Shown here piece after piece: positions 1-12,389 of a stretch of 64,000 nucleotides of DNA. Position numbers and translations under genes: made by a program. A model generated the notes under the pieces. It was not told the DNA's origin. It worked only from the letters and a program-made list of their open reading frames with translations, and did not search any database. Each line of letters begins with the position of its first letter. Within the stretch, counting starts at the first letter, position 1. This DNA is from Isurus oxyrinchus (taxonomy: Eukaryota): contig JANJGN010000008.1 in the NCBI GenBank assembly GCA_026770705.1, forward strand, positions 86,242,001-86,306,000, written 5' to 3'.

Positions 1-10
1 AATTCTGCCC
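1..10. mobile_element. Terminal inverted repeat (AATTCTGCCC) of a Harbinger element/MITE that lies upstream of the window
   Basis: Same as the terminal 10 bp at 13209-13218 and nearly the same as those ending at 5541, 38013 and 58479; abuts Gypsy gag sequence. Confidence 0.6.
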
Positions 11-1830
11 AAAAAGACTGACATGTTCTCACTGTCATAAAATTGGACATGTGAAGGCAAATTGTTGGAGATTAAAGCCTAAACCAATGGTGCAAAAAGC
101 AAGAATTTCCACAAAGACAGTTGCTTCAAAAAGTGAAGCTTGTGAGAAACCCATTGCTTCTAATGTAGATAGAGATGCAAAGGATTGTAAGGGATTTATA
201 TTTGAAGGGGAAGCCACTCCAGTTTTGTCCAAGGAAGAGACTAAAAAGATTGCTACTCTAGGGGATGCTCAGAGCTTAATGTTAGCAAAAGGCTTAGACT
301 TTTCACACAGTTTGCTGAATAAAGATGAATTGGTAAGGGGTATTGATGGGAAGTGAGTATCAATCCTGTTGAATGAAGTGAATTTAAATTGTGCTCTGGT
401 AAAGGGGTCTATTGTTGTTGGCATTGTTTCTAAATTACCCAACAAAAATGTACATTTTGTATTGGGGCATGATATAGCAGGCAATGTTGCCTTTCCACAA
501 TCTGGGACAGTATGCTACAGTTCAGGAAAGTCTCCTATGAGTAAAAACTCCTCGCTTATCTATGATCCAGTTAAGAAACAAACTGATGCAAGGAAAAATG
601 CTGATGGAATAACTCAAGTAATGGAGAGTACAGAGGAAGCAAAAGTGTCTGCACAGTTTCCAAATCAAAATCTGTCACTGGAATGACTGAGACCTCAAAG
701 TGACCCTAAAGGGTTAACGCTGAATTAAATGGTCCTGTCAGGGCTGAGACAGCACAAGAATTAACCATGCTTGTCAGTGTTGAGATACAGAATGCAGCTG
801 GAAAAATCCAGGCAACTGGGCTGAGTTCAAAAGACCAGTTACAACATCAAAATGATTGGAATAAAGTAATTTGTAAATTGCGTAGGAGGCTCAAAGTATT
901 AAACAGAAAACTGACAGTCCAAAATAATGAGGCTGTAGATATTCCTAGAAAGAATTAAATAAAATTCAATCTGAATGGGATCAGGAAAATCTGAAAGATT
1001 ACAAATTGTTTAAAGATCAGACCAAGCAAGAATATCAAACCTTTCTGCTTAGGTATAAAAAGCATCTGAATGATATTCTTAAAATGGCAAAAGAAATTTT
1101 CGACAAATGAAAGAATGACTTGCCACAAAATCAAGCCATTTTGAACTTGCCATCTCAAAAAGAGAATTTAAAATGTTTGCATCTGGAAAATGAACATAAA
1201 GATGAAAATACGCCTTTTGCTAAAGAAAAGGAGACAATTTAACTATGGACTCTTTGTAGAGTTTAAGGATGAGAAAACAGCCGACAAGGAAGAGAATAAT
1301 ATTCAGAAGCTGGTATCTAAACAGACTTTTTTAAAGACTGAGTTTGAAAATTCATCTGTATGTAACAATGAGGAATCTTCTTTTACAGTTGGAATTTTGG
1401 ACTTTAATTATTTTAAGAAGAAAACTTTCAGAAAATATCATTAAAAAAATTTTATTCTTTAACTGGACATGGAATTTGGTTGGTTGCTGATGGACTTATG
1501 AATTTCATTGAACAATAGGGGGATAATTATGGTGTACATTGTATGTTTAGGATAGTTGCTAAGATAAATAACATATTGTAATATTCTAAATAGTATAAAT
1601 GAAAATGCATCACATTGGCGAGACATTTTCATTAGAGTGTAGGCTTTGGTTTCGGGAATTAAAGTCTTACCTGTTAAAAATGGGATAAATGCAATTAAAG
1701 CAGGCTTGGAGTCTATTACACCTTGCTGTGGCCATGTTGCCTTAAGAGATTAACAGCTAGGAAGGTAACGTAATTAAAATGATGGGGTGTAGTGATTGCC
1801 AGAAGGCCTCAAGGAATGGCAACAATATCA
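11..1830 (+). mobile_element. Decayed Gypsy (Gmr1-like) LTR retroelement remnant: gag zinc knuckle, protease, no INT/RT, probable partial 3' LTR from about 1645
   Basis: 24-65 encodes CSHCHKIGHVKANC (CX2CX4HX4C). ORFs 51-356 and 369-686 align by eye with the protease of the 16-22 kb element (GFIFEG..IATLGDAQSLM vs DFVLEG..ILRDTGSSQSLM; VVGIVSKLP..FVLGHDIAG vs IVGVVEKLP..FILGYDIAG). The LTR boundary is approximate. Confidence 0.75.
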
Positions 1831-2089
1831 ACACACAAAAGTAACAGTACTTAAACAGAGCAATGTTAAATTGTACAAATATAAAAATATATAGACTATA
1901 ATAATATCAACAAAATTTAAACAACATTATATAGTGGAAGCAAAATCCAGGGTTGTAGCTATGTAGATGAATATCAATAGTGAACACAACAAAGCAAAAT
2001 GAAATGTAGCATCATGAAACAAAAAAACTGTTAACAATACAGAAGGAAATTATTCGACTCACCTTGTCTGTGTTAGGTCTCAAACAGAG

Positions 2090-3750
2090 CAAGCTAAAAC
2101 TAATCCCACTGTCCCACTCTCATTCCAAAGCCTTTTATCTACCTACGCTTCAAATATTTATCCAACTCTCAATTATACAGTATGCTCCAATACGTTTGCC
2201 TCAACTTCTGTGCTCCAAAAAAGAATGCCCATGTGCTCTCAATTTCAGTGATAATTTTAAATGGACCCTTCACTATTCTAATCAGAGGAAATAGTCGTTC
2301 CCTATTCACTCTCTCAAAACCTTTCATCATTCTAACATCATCTATGAGGTCTCCTCTTGATTTTCTATTGCCTCAGGTTTCTCCTTATAACTATGGTTTG
2401 ATATTCCTGACATCATGCTGATGAAACTACAATCTTTTCTCCCTATGCTTTCATGACCATCCAATAAATAGGTGGTCAGAACTGTAATCAGTACAGTAAC
2501 TATAGACAAAACAATATTTTGTACAGATTTATCAATACCTCTTTACACTTGTCCTCTATGCTCCCTTTTATAAATCCAAAATGCTGTTGGCTTTATATAT
2601 TTGAATCCCTCTGTTCATTCATACACTCTGCATATTTCCACTGGTTAAGTACGCCTATTCCTGGTTACTTCTACCAAAATATATTACCTGGCCTTTTCCA
2701 TATCAAATTACATCTGCCACCTGTCTACCCGTTCTGCTAACCTGTACCTTTTCTCGAAGTTTAACACAGTTCTACTTTCTGATTGCTGAAACCTTTTTGT
2801 TCTGTCCTCAGCAAATTTCAAGAACGTGCTGCCTGTGCCATAATCAGATCCTCTACATATACCATTTCCAGATGGACATGACCCCACACTGACTTCTAAC
2901 AAAAGCAGCTAAATCTTCCAACACTTTTCTGATCTGAACAACATCCATTTACCGCAACTTTTGTTCCTGTCAATCAACCACTTCCAATCAATGCAGCTAC
3001 ATTTCTCAGACCATGTAACTGCATTTTTCTAGCAAGCCCCTTGAGGTATCTTTTCAAATGCCTGCTGACATTTCATATGCGATAGATATGCTGTGTTTCT
3101 TTTTTTTATGCAATCAGTCATGTCTTCAAAACTTTTCTTAAATCTTTGAAATACAACTTTCCTTTAGAAAGGCCATATTGCTGCCATTGGTTAACCCTTG
3201 TTCATTGATTTTATCAATAACTTACGGTTTGTGTTTATCTGCACTAATGTTAGATCATAATGCTCTGTAGTTACCTGTTTTAATTTTCTCATCCTTTTTG
3301 AACAAAGGCATGATATTGATGGCACAACTTCAATATTTAAAATGACTGAAAAGTTGTGGCCAAAACTTTTTCGATCTCTTCTCTGATTATTTTCTTCAAT
3401 TACCATGAGTACATGGTAACTTATCCATCTTGAGTTCTGCTTAATTTTTTGGGCAGCAACTTATTTTCTACAGTTACCTCTAACAAATTGTTCCAAATTC
3501 TCCACTGATATAAAAATCCTATTCCATAATGTTTTGATGTTATCTTTAATACTAGTACTCCAGTTAAAATGTACTCCATGTGCTAATTTCCAAATAGTTT
3601 GCTAACTCTTTTTCCAGTTATTTTGGGTTATATTCCTCTTTAAATCCTTGAATTTTGCCTCGTGCAATGCAAGACCTGAGATGAGCATTTTCCTCTCGTC
3701 ATCTGTTCCAGTCCAGATATTTATTCAAATATTTATTCAGTATTACATCT
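2090..3750 (-). mobile_element. Old CR1 LINE fragment (RT domain to 3' end)
   Basis: Degenerate match to the CR1 copies at 47270-48847 and 60240-61570 (e.g. CATCTGCCACCTGTCTACCCGTTCTGCTAACCTG; CCCTATTCACTCTCTCAAAACCTTTCATCATT). Confidence 0.75.
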
Positions 3751-3834
3751 CCAGCAGGTAACCCAGGCCAGTTGCTTTCACCAAATTTCTCAGTCTGCTT
3801 GCAAACGAACCATTGCATTCCACAGAATATTCAA

Positions 3835-3898
3835 TTATCTCTACCTATATTTATCTCTACCTATATTTATCTCTACCTATATTTATTGCTACCTATAT
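3835..3898. repeat. Minisatellite, 4 x 16 bp (TTATCTCTACCTATAT)
   Basis: Three exact copies and one variant read directly. Confidence 0.95.
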
Positions 3899-3954
3899 GT
3901 ATACACTTAAACCCAACATTTGACTTGTGTTTTCTTTTAAAAGTGGTGGCATTG

Positions 3955-4080
3955 CAATAACAGCAATCTGCAATTTATTAGTGCCTTTAATGTATAAAGC
4001 ATCCCAAGGTGCTCCACAGGAGTGTAATCAGACAAAAGTTGGCTGTTTTTGCCAGAAGGAAAACATGCTCAGGGAACAGA
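3955..4080 (-). mobile_element. L2-type LINE 3' tail fragment
   Basis: AACAGCAATCTGCAATTTATTAGTGCCTTTAATGT..CATCCCAAGGTGCTCCACAGG matches the tail at 11160-11230. Confidence 0.6.
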
Positions 4081-4870
4081 GTATTAAATCATTCATAAGC
4101 CCGAACAAATGCTCTTAAGAGTTAAAGCTTAAACAGGATGTATAATAATTTGCATCACACAGTAGCACATCTGCAAGGTGACTGGATTTCTGAATTTTGC
4201 AGCAAAGCCCTCAATCTGGTTTGTCACTTGCTGACAGAAAAATTGCAGATGTAAATCCCAGGATTAACCACCACCCAAACCTTCCAGCATCACTCTCAAG
4301 GAATTTCAGTGAATCACGACAAGTTCATGGGGCCACTGCATCATTGGAACAAACAAGGCAAGGATGACAAGCGAACTGCTCCAGTTTACTGTGCCACACC
4401 TGTTGTTTGTTTGTTCAACTGTGGTATTACCATTTAAGTGACAGGCAGTCCAGGGAATTATAACTGCAACTAATTGGCAGTAAAACAAATGTTGATCTAC
4501 CTTACAAATTGCCAAAAATTAATGTGTTTTTCTGAAATAATAGTGTTTTTTACAAAGTGTAGCAGGAGTATCAAGGGTCCTTGATGTTAATAAATACGGA
4601 CAGTGCACTGTGTGTTAAAGCACAAACTGAACATCATGAGGCTGTGCAAACTCATTTTCTCAATCTCTTCACAAATTATCTCAGTCCCCATAAACGTTAA
4701 CAAACCTGTCAAGATGTGTTAGAAGAGCTGTTTTATCAATTACTCTGGACATTTATCACTTGCTTTAAATTCCAACTGCACGTTTCAATATAAAAATCTG
4801 ATCTGACTTCAGAATTAGTTGGAACAAATATGTCCACAATAAAGCCAGATTGTTTCATGACTTATTCTTA

Positions 4871-5541
4871 GGGGAGTATTTTCACGTGGGCCCCGCTCAC
4901 CAATGCGTAAAATGATGCGCGGTGATGTCAGGCGTGCATCCTGACGTCATCGCACGTCATTCCATTCTTTTGTTCAGCGGGCACATGCTGGAGGTGGTTG
5001 TGCACCTGCTGAACTGTCAAAGGCCCGCTAAGGCCACTAATAAACCAATTGGACTAATTCGCAATGCTATCTGTCCAACCGTAGGGTTGGCGGGCAGACG
5101 AAGAGCCCAAACGGCCTTCACGTTTTTCATGAAACCTCACCCACGGATGGGATGAGGTTTCATGAAGGTTTTATTAAATTAATAAATAAAATTTGCTAAT
5201 TTCATAAACATGTCCCAGCTCATGTGACACTGTCGCATGAGGGGACATGAGCAAATGATTTTTAACTTCCTTGATTAAAAGGTCTCCATATGAACTTAAT
5301 CCCCCTGAGGCATGGACCTGTCTCAGGGTGATTTCTGTGCTCTTTCGCGTGCATGCGTGAGAGCGCAGGCCCCGACTCTCCTTCCTCCCCCTGCCCGCAC
5401 AAGTAGCGCTGAATACTACCGGCCATGCGTCATTCTGGTTGGGCCAATTAAGACCAGCCCACATAGAATGGTGGTGCCCAGCCAATTACCCACCCGCATC
5501 CGCTCCTGACCGGCCCACCCGACAGGCAGAAGATTCTGCCC
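4871..5541 (+). mobile_element. Harbinger-derived MITE (about 670 bp)
   Basis: TIRs GGGGAGTATTTT / AAGATTCTGCCC; flanks TTA/ATA; ends homologous to the autonomous element at 34422-38013; internal hairpins. Confidence 0.9.
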
Positions 5542-5929
5542 ATAATGTTTTCCTCCTAACTCCTGTACAGGCCATCTAACCATGGATTTTCAATGCAGGT
5601 TAAAGACCTCTCATGATAAATAAGGCTGAAATTCTGACTGGGTAAATAACAAAAACCATCACCTAGAATTCATCAGTGAATTCCTCTCCAAAGTAAATCT
5701 TTAATTGGGACCAGTGCAGGAAATGTAGGGGGTTATGCAATGAGTAATTTTTGATTTTGGGATTGCTTTGTGTCACTGGCATTGAATGATGGTTTTTGGG
5801 AGGTTTAGGGAGATGAGAAGAGTAACCAGTGCATCTTGTTCTGACATTGGTCCACTGATGGTACCTAGGCGAAACTTGCATTAATAAGGGTATTCCTCTC
5901 AAGCCAGGGAGCAAAATAAGCAACTTGTG

Positions 5930-6950
5930 CTCTACTGCCACCATCATCTCCCCCTCTTCTTGCCTTCCTTGTCTTCCTTTCTCCTCCTTGCAAATGACCT
6001 GCACTCTGCTCCATGTTCCTCCTTCAGGTCCAATCCTTGCTGCTAGGGAATGTTGTGTAGACTGCAGGACACTATGATAATTCTGGAAATCCTGGCTTGT
6101 GGATACTGAAGGGAGCCTTCAGATCTATCTATGCTCCTGAAGTACATCTTCAGCATGCCAGTATCTAGTTCAATCACAGATCTGGAAGTCATGTGGCTTG
6201 AATTGTGGTATTGTTGAGCTACATTTATCAGGTTTCAGCTGCCAAGTCTGAAGGGGGCATCCCTTGTCTCCTGGCAGCCAGCCCTGAAGTCCGCTTGCAG
6301 CTTCAAAGACATTGGAGAGTTTAGACTGTTGCGGGATGAAAACATCAGCTCCTGTTACACACTTGCAGAAATATCTTGGTGTGGTTACACACCAGCTGCA
6401 CAATGGTGGAGTGGAAGCCCTTGTGGCTGGCAAATACCTTTGGTTGTTCTGGGATGCACAGATTGTCACATGTGTAGTCAATGACGCCTGTACATGTGGC
6501 TCATTCTGACATGTGTTGGCACAGGTGAAGTTTAAATAATTGCTGGCCCAGGCAAGCACTCATCAGTCACCTGTCTGGATCCTGGATTTGCCCCTGCAGA
6601 GTCTTTAACAATTTGGAAGCAAAGAAGCTGAGGACTGTGGCATCTTTGACAACCATTGAGAGCTTGCAACTACCAAGCCCAGTGAGGAGTTTGGTTTCTC
6701 CTTAGAGACTGAAGACCTCTGCTACCACCTGCTGTGACATCCTGAGCCTCCGCAAACACTGCTGTTCCAACATGTCAAAGGTGCTCATTCTCTGCCTGTA
6801 CATCCTGTTGCACAGGTAGTGTGTCCTGTGAGCTCTCTTCTCTGATGTTCAGCTGCAGCTCTCTGCACAGCAGCCTGTTGTTGTTGCTGATAGTCATCCT
6901 GCTCTTCCTCTGAGGTCCAGCCTCAGGCAGCCAAGGCATCACCCGTCCTG
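5930..6950 (-). pseudogene. Decayed Harbinger (DDE_Tnp_4-like) transposase
   Basis: Frameshifted motifs YRQRMSTFDMLEQQCLRRLRMS, THVTI, KGFHSTIVQLVCN, GWLPGDKGCPLQTW. Confidence 0.8.
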
Positions 6951-7181
6951 AGGTGATTCAGAAAGCCTCCACAGTGTAGAAAGTAAACTCTTAGCAAAAA
7001 GTAAACAAAGCCCTTTTCTACAAATAGATAAGGAAATAGATGGGCACACCAAATATTTTTTGGAAAATATGCATGGCTTTTATTCTGGGCCTCAGTTGGA
7101 GTTGTGTTCTTGCCTTGTGTTCAATGCTGATTTTCAGGAAGCCAGGAAACCCACATATGTAACATTAAGTTTAAAAAGTGT

Positions 7182-7961
7182 TGTGATGGAATCCACGGTT
7201 TCCAAGTTTGTACTTTTTGAGTCAATCCTAACTGAAAGGGAACCTGAATCTTCAGGTTCCACGGGAAACTGTGACTGAAACTGAAACTTTAGGTTTCTGC
7301 AAAACTGACTCTGGTTGAAACCAGATAAAAAACACAGAGCCATTCGAAACTCAGGTGATCCAATGGTGCAGAGCAGGCAAGAACACGAAGGCTGGATCTG
7401 TGGCTGGAGATAAAGGGAAATAAGGTTACTGTTACTGCTTCAGTTATTTTAAAGGAACTGATTGACCAGAACTGGCTATACAGTGCACAGGGCTGTACAA
7501 AGGGTTTGAATAAGGTGATTCTGGGGTATCCATTTCTCTAAGACTGTCATGAGGTGAGCTGAGGAAGTTTTGGAGGCATGCACCATTTTGGTGAAGACAG
7601 TACCCATGGAACTCAGGAGGTTTGGGTGCGACTGTTGGCTGAGGATCAGAAGCTAAACACTCAAAGCAAAGGAGTTGGAACGTTCAGAAAAAGTTCATAG
7701 CTTTGAAGGACTTGATGGCTGAAATGAGTGCCGAAAATGCTAAATGGTTTGCCCTGTGAATCCACGAGATCCATTTTTGTTGCATCTGCCATTTAACGTG
7801 TAATTTATAGTTTATATTGACCATAATTTACCTGTTAATCCATGTTTAATTTATGTTGATTTTCATTTGATTATTAAAGTAAAAATTATAAAAATTGAAA
7901 TCTTGTCTGCCGTTAGGGTCATTCGGTCAATTTGGTTCTTTTGGTTTGTTGAATCATAACA
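7182..7961 (+). mobile_element. Solo LTR (Gypsy-type)
   Basis: TGTGATG...CATAACA termini; 4-bp TSD GTGT at 7178-7181 and 7962-7965; ATTAAA near the 3' end. Confidence 0.8.
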
Positions 7962-8428
7962 GTGTGTAGAAATATCTCTCCAATTGAGTGATTAGCACAT
8001 GTTTATAGGCAACCCACCTCTCCCTAGGGGCTACACACAACCAGTGTAACATATTTGCATTAGGTTGACAGGCTACAGCCAACTTCCAACAGCTTCACAT
8101 TTTTGCTGGTTTTAACCCTCCCAACCCAGGTCTAAACCCACACGCTCCTCCACATTAAAATTAATTCTTCATTGTCTCTCTTTACAGGAAATGATTACGT
8201 GAAATCTGATAGAAAATTATTTTTATTTTCTGACTCCAAGATAGAAGGCCACATAATATTCAGAACACAGCAAAATAAGAAAACACCAAATCTTATTTTC
8301 TTTGCTCAGGTTTCAGGTGTATTAAAAGTTAGAAACTGATATGAAATAATAATTGGCAATCCAAGTAAAACAGGAGATTGCGTCAACAAACTCATTGCTC
8401 CTTGGACCTCCTGCTCAAAAGAGCAGAG

Positions 8429-8567
8429 TCCTGTTAATTCATGTTTAATTTATCTTGGTTTTGGTTTGATTATGAAAGTTAAAGTTTTAAAAGGGAAATC
8501 ATGTCCATTGGTTTTCTTGTTGAGGTTGTCCTGTAATGGTATGTTGTTCTTCATGGGGATCACAACA
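8429..8567 (+). mobile_element. 3' fragment of a related LTR
   Basis: CCTGTTAATTCATGTTTAATTTAT.. resembles 7831-7910; ends GATCACAACA. Confidence 0.6.
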
Positions 8568-8814
8568 ATGTGTTGAAAAATCCCTGCATTGGTTTGTTGT
8601 CATTAGCTGCATTTGAAAATGTCTTTACTATTTGACCAGAACTCCTGCCACTGTTTTGGGCCTGGATTGTATTCTGATCACCTAGCAATGCTGTCAATAT
8701 TTTTAATATCATGTAATTCTGACACACTCCCCAGGCTCAGTATTTTTTAAGATGTTCTGTCAATGTATTTTCATAAGTATATTTTAATAGTTGCTTTGAT
8801 AACATCTATGGGAG

Positions 8815-9238
8815 TGGTTGGGGCTGTTCTGCTTGCAAAGAAGAAGGCTAAGAGGAGATTTGATAGAGATATTCAAAATCATGAGAGGGCTGGACAGAGT
8901 GGATAGGGAGAAATTGTTCCTGCTCATAAAAGGATCAAGAATGGGAGAGCACAGATTTAAAGTGATTTGCAAAACAAGCAAACGTAATGTGAGAAAAATC
9001 ATTTTCACACAGCGAGTGTTTCGGGTCTGGAATGCGCTGCCTGGGAGTACAGTGGAGGCAGGTTCAAATGAGGCATGCAAGAGGGTATTGGATGATTATT
9101 TGAATAGAAACAATGTGCAGGGGTACAGGGAAAAGGCAGGGCAATGGCACTAGGTCATAATTCTCATTTGGGGAGCTGGTGCAGACACAATGGGCTGAAT
9201 GGCCTCTTCTGTGCCATTAAAGGCCTGTGATTCTGTGA
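8815..9238 (+). mobile_element. CR1 LINE 3' end
   Basis: ORF LGLFCLQRRRLRGDLIEIFKIMRGLDRVDREKLF..FTQRVFRVWNALP; 3' UTR ending in GATTCTGT-like tail. Confidence 0.95.
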
Positions 9239-9495
9239 GTGCAAATTGACATTGAGTGAGCCCACTGTAATGGAATCCTGGATCAACATATACATGTTTG
9301 CACGTGTGTCTCTGCAGCTATGTTTACAGACTAATTCTTAAGGGAACATTAAAATGAATATCAAGAAATGGTACATTTTGCATAGAAGTCTTGTAACTGA
9401 GTGGTGCTGATCTGATCCATTAGATTTTGATGGATGTGATACAACAGGCAGGCCTGCCTGAAGTCCCACACCAGCACTGTTGGTTCACATACAAT

Positions 9496-9900
9496 GGCCA
9501 GGATTTTAGAGCCTCTCCTGCCTGGTGAAATATTCTGATCCCACCAAACTGAATGGAGATTTAAATGGCTTGCTGCATCTGCCAGGGCACACCACAAATC
9601 CTGTAAAATCCCGTAAAACCCTGGCCAATTAGCCTTTAGTTTTCTATCCACTGATGTTAATGGGACCGCAATCACAGTTTCCTGATAAATGACCTGGCTG
9701 TGTGCAAGGCCTTACTGGTAGTGTGAGGCTTTGAAAAATTCCAACCATCGTTTTGACATGCATGCTGCTGATTTCAAGGGATTAGGTCACGCTGTTGCAT
9801 CCAAGCAAGATTTCTCCAATTAAAGATTCATTGGAGCACTTACACCTGCTGCTAAAAGTAAGACGTGCCCAGAAGGAAACAGGCAAATTGAAGCTTGAGG
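9496..9900. mobile_element. Degenerate Harbinger-like non-autonomous fragment
   Basis: Starts GGCCAGGATTTT like other Harbinger TIRs; the other end was not found. Confidence 0.4.
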
Positions 9901-9959
9901 CACGAAGACTGATGCCAGTATTTGTTATGAGAAGGAAATATGTCCAAAAGCATCACTAA

Positions 9960-10690
9960 GGGCAGAGTTTTTCACACGGTGTGTGGGCACGCGCCTGATA
10001 TGCTCTAGTGTAAAATAGCGTGCGATGACATTGGGTGAGAGTCCTGACGCCATTGCACGCTTGCGCAATATTTCAGCCGGCGGGCGCGCGCTAAACTCGG
10101 AAGCCTGCCCGTTGACAATTAAGAGGGCTATTAAGCCTATTAACGGCGCAATTAACTGGGATTTTTCACTGCCTGCCCAGTATGACAGTTGGCGGGCGGG
10201 TGAATCGGCCCGGCGGCCTTTGCATTTTGCAGGAAACCTCATCCAAGGGTGGGATAAGGTTTCTGTCATTCAATTTTTAAAAATTAAAATGCTTGCACAG
10301 AATTTTCATGTATATGCTCAGGTGACTCTTTCTGATGCATGGGCATTTTTTCTGGATTTTAAAATCTGTTTTTATTGGATTTGAATTCTTCAGCTCCCTG
10401 AGGCAGCTCTCTGCCTTCAGGGAGCTTTCTGTGAGCACTCTTATCCCGCCCTTGGATGAGGTTTCATGAAAAATGTAAAGTCTGCCTGGCCGATTCGCCT
10501 GTCCACCAACCGTAAGAAAAATTGGAGACAATTGCAGCTTTAATTACACTAATTGGCCTCTTAATTGATAGCCCTTCGACCGAAATATCGCATGAGTGCG
10601 GGCTGATGTCGGGATGCTCGCCCAACGTCATCTCACGTGATTTCGGATCTGATTGGGTCGGGCGCGCATGCCAACCTAAAAATTCTGTCC
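9960..10690. mobile_element. Chimeric Harbinger MITE with two 'left' ends (A-left plus inverted B-left)
   Basis: 10441-10690 is the reverse complement of a left arm; flanks TAA (9957-9959) and CAT (10691-10693) do not match each other. Confidence 0.9.
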
Positions 10691-10819
10691 CATGTCTGCC
10701 GGTTATTAATCCAGTCCACTAGAGTGATCGTGCAGTAAAATACCCACTATGTTCCCGTACCCCAAAATGTACAACAAAATAATCTGCACACGAGTAATCT
10801 ATCTGATGCATTATCTCAT

Positions 10820-10980
10820 TATTTATCTCATTGCAGTTAGTGGGAGTTTGCTGTGGGAAAATCTGACCTCAGCATTTGCCTGGATTGCAACAGTGACTAC
10901 AGTTAAAAGAACTTCTTCGGCTGTGAAGTGCTTTGGAGCGTCCTGGGGTCACGAAAGGGGCCACATAAACTTAAGTTCCT
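10820..10980 (+). mobile_element. DeuSINE (SacSINE1-like) 3' part
   Basis: TTATCTCATTGCAGTTAGTGGGAGTTTGCTGTG..CAACAGTGACTACA..GGCTGTGAAGTGCTTTGGAGCGTCC; homologous to 44690-44830 on the minus strand. Confidence 0.8.
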
Positions 10981-11159
10981 TTTTCCAACATTTCTTTGTT
11001 TCTGCCTTTCTGTTTTTTTATCTTGCCTGTCTTGTCTCTCCTTACACACTATATAAATACATGCTCATGTTCCTAGCTGGCTCTCCAGTAACTGCTAAAC
11101 TAATTAATTTCTACATGACCTCCCAGTCAGTTGTGCCTTGATACATATGAATGCTCTCA

Positions 11160-11548
11160 ATAACAACAACTTATATGTCAACCTTGCATGTAATAAATAT
11201 CCCAAGGTGCTTCACTGGTGTGTTATCAAACACAATATGGCACTAAGCCAGGTACAGAGATAATAGGGCAGGTGACCAAAAGCTTGTTCGTAGGGATATG
11301 TTGTAAGGAATATCCTAAAAGAGGAGAGAAATGGAGAGGTTTGGGAAGAGAATCCCAGAGTTTAGGGCTTATAGGCAGCTGAAGGCATGTCTCCACTGGT
11401 AGACTGATTAAAATTGAGATGCACAAGAGGCCAGAATTGGAGGAGTGCCGAGATCTCGGAGGGCTGTAAGACAGGAGGAGGTTACCAAGGTGAAGAGGGA
11501 GTAAGGCTATGGAACAATTTGAAAAAAGGGTTGAGGATTTTTAAATCT
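11160..11548 (-). mobile_element. L2-type LINE 3' end
   Basis: Minus strand encodes FKNPQPFFQIVP/SPKLWDSLPKPL, similar to the L2 C-terminus at 25102-25323; (TTG)n-like tail. Confidence 0.8.
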
Positions 11549-12074
11549 CTGAGTATTGAATGCACAGTATTGAAACAATTCCAACTGCTCACATGTTTTC
11601 ACAGAATAATGCACTGCAGGGCTATGCCATCTCATTTTTGTGTTTGGAATTAAAGTTTATTGACCACTTTTTCATTAAGACTGTGTCCTTTTAAGATCCA
11701 AAAATAATATTCGGAAATAGACTCACGATTTTCGGTTCAGAATACTGTTCTCGGTTAGTGTGTGGATTTAGTATTGTGAAAGGAGCAAGGAACACAAACG
11801 AGAAAGGCTGGCAGATTTCATGCTTAATGGTTTTCCATTTTATTTCAAATATCTAGTATTTGCAGTTTTCCTCATTAGCTATTTTCCTGTCCTTTTACTC
11901 TTTTGATATATTTGCATTGCCCCTTTGTGATCTTCATAGAGATTCACTAATGCTTACCACTTTCCAATTCCTTAGTGAATCCTATTTGGACATTCAATTG
12001 ATATTTCTCTTCCTTTTCCCCTCACCTCTCTGTATGTTTTATTCTATTCCATTGAACAGCTGACTTATTTTCCT

Positions 12075-12270
12075 GGTTTCTGCTCTGAAGAAGAGCTCAT
12101 GTCAGAAACATTCACTCATTTCTTTTAGTTTATGGCAGCTGATGGACTTGCGGTGAAATTCCAGATTACCAGCATTTTCTGTTTTTGAGAAAAAATGATA
12201 CGCTGGAGCATTGGCCCAGGTAGGCTGGAAAGAGTTAACAGTTGATGTAATGCAATCTTTCAATCTTTTC
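12075..12270. mobile_element. Penelope-like element terminal fragments
   Basis: CTGAAGA..GAAAC hammerhead-like core followed by ..CCAGCATTTTCTGTTTT, then an inverted partial copy. Confidence 0.55.
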
Positions 12271-12389
12271 TGACAAGCATATATTCAAGATAAAGCAAAA
12301 CGTGGACATGATAGGGGTGTATATTCTCTCTATGAAACAACCGTACTCCAAGAGCAAAAGGCCAAACTGTTCTATTAGTCAAAATTTTA

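Noticed and set aside
8170-8245. Strong splice acceptor TCTCTCTTTACAG
   Set aside because: Reading frames close within about 20 codons, there is no clear donor, and no other support.
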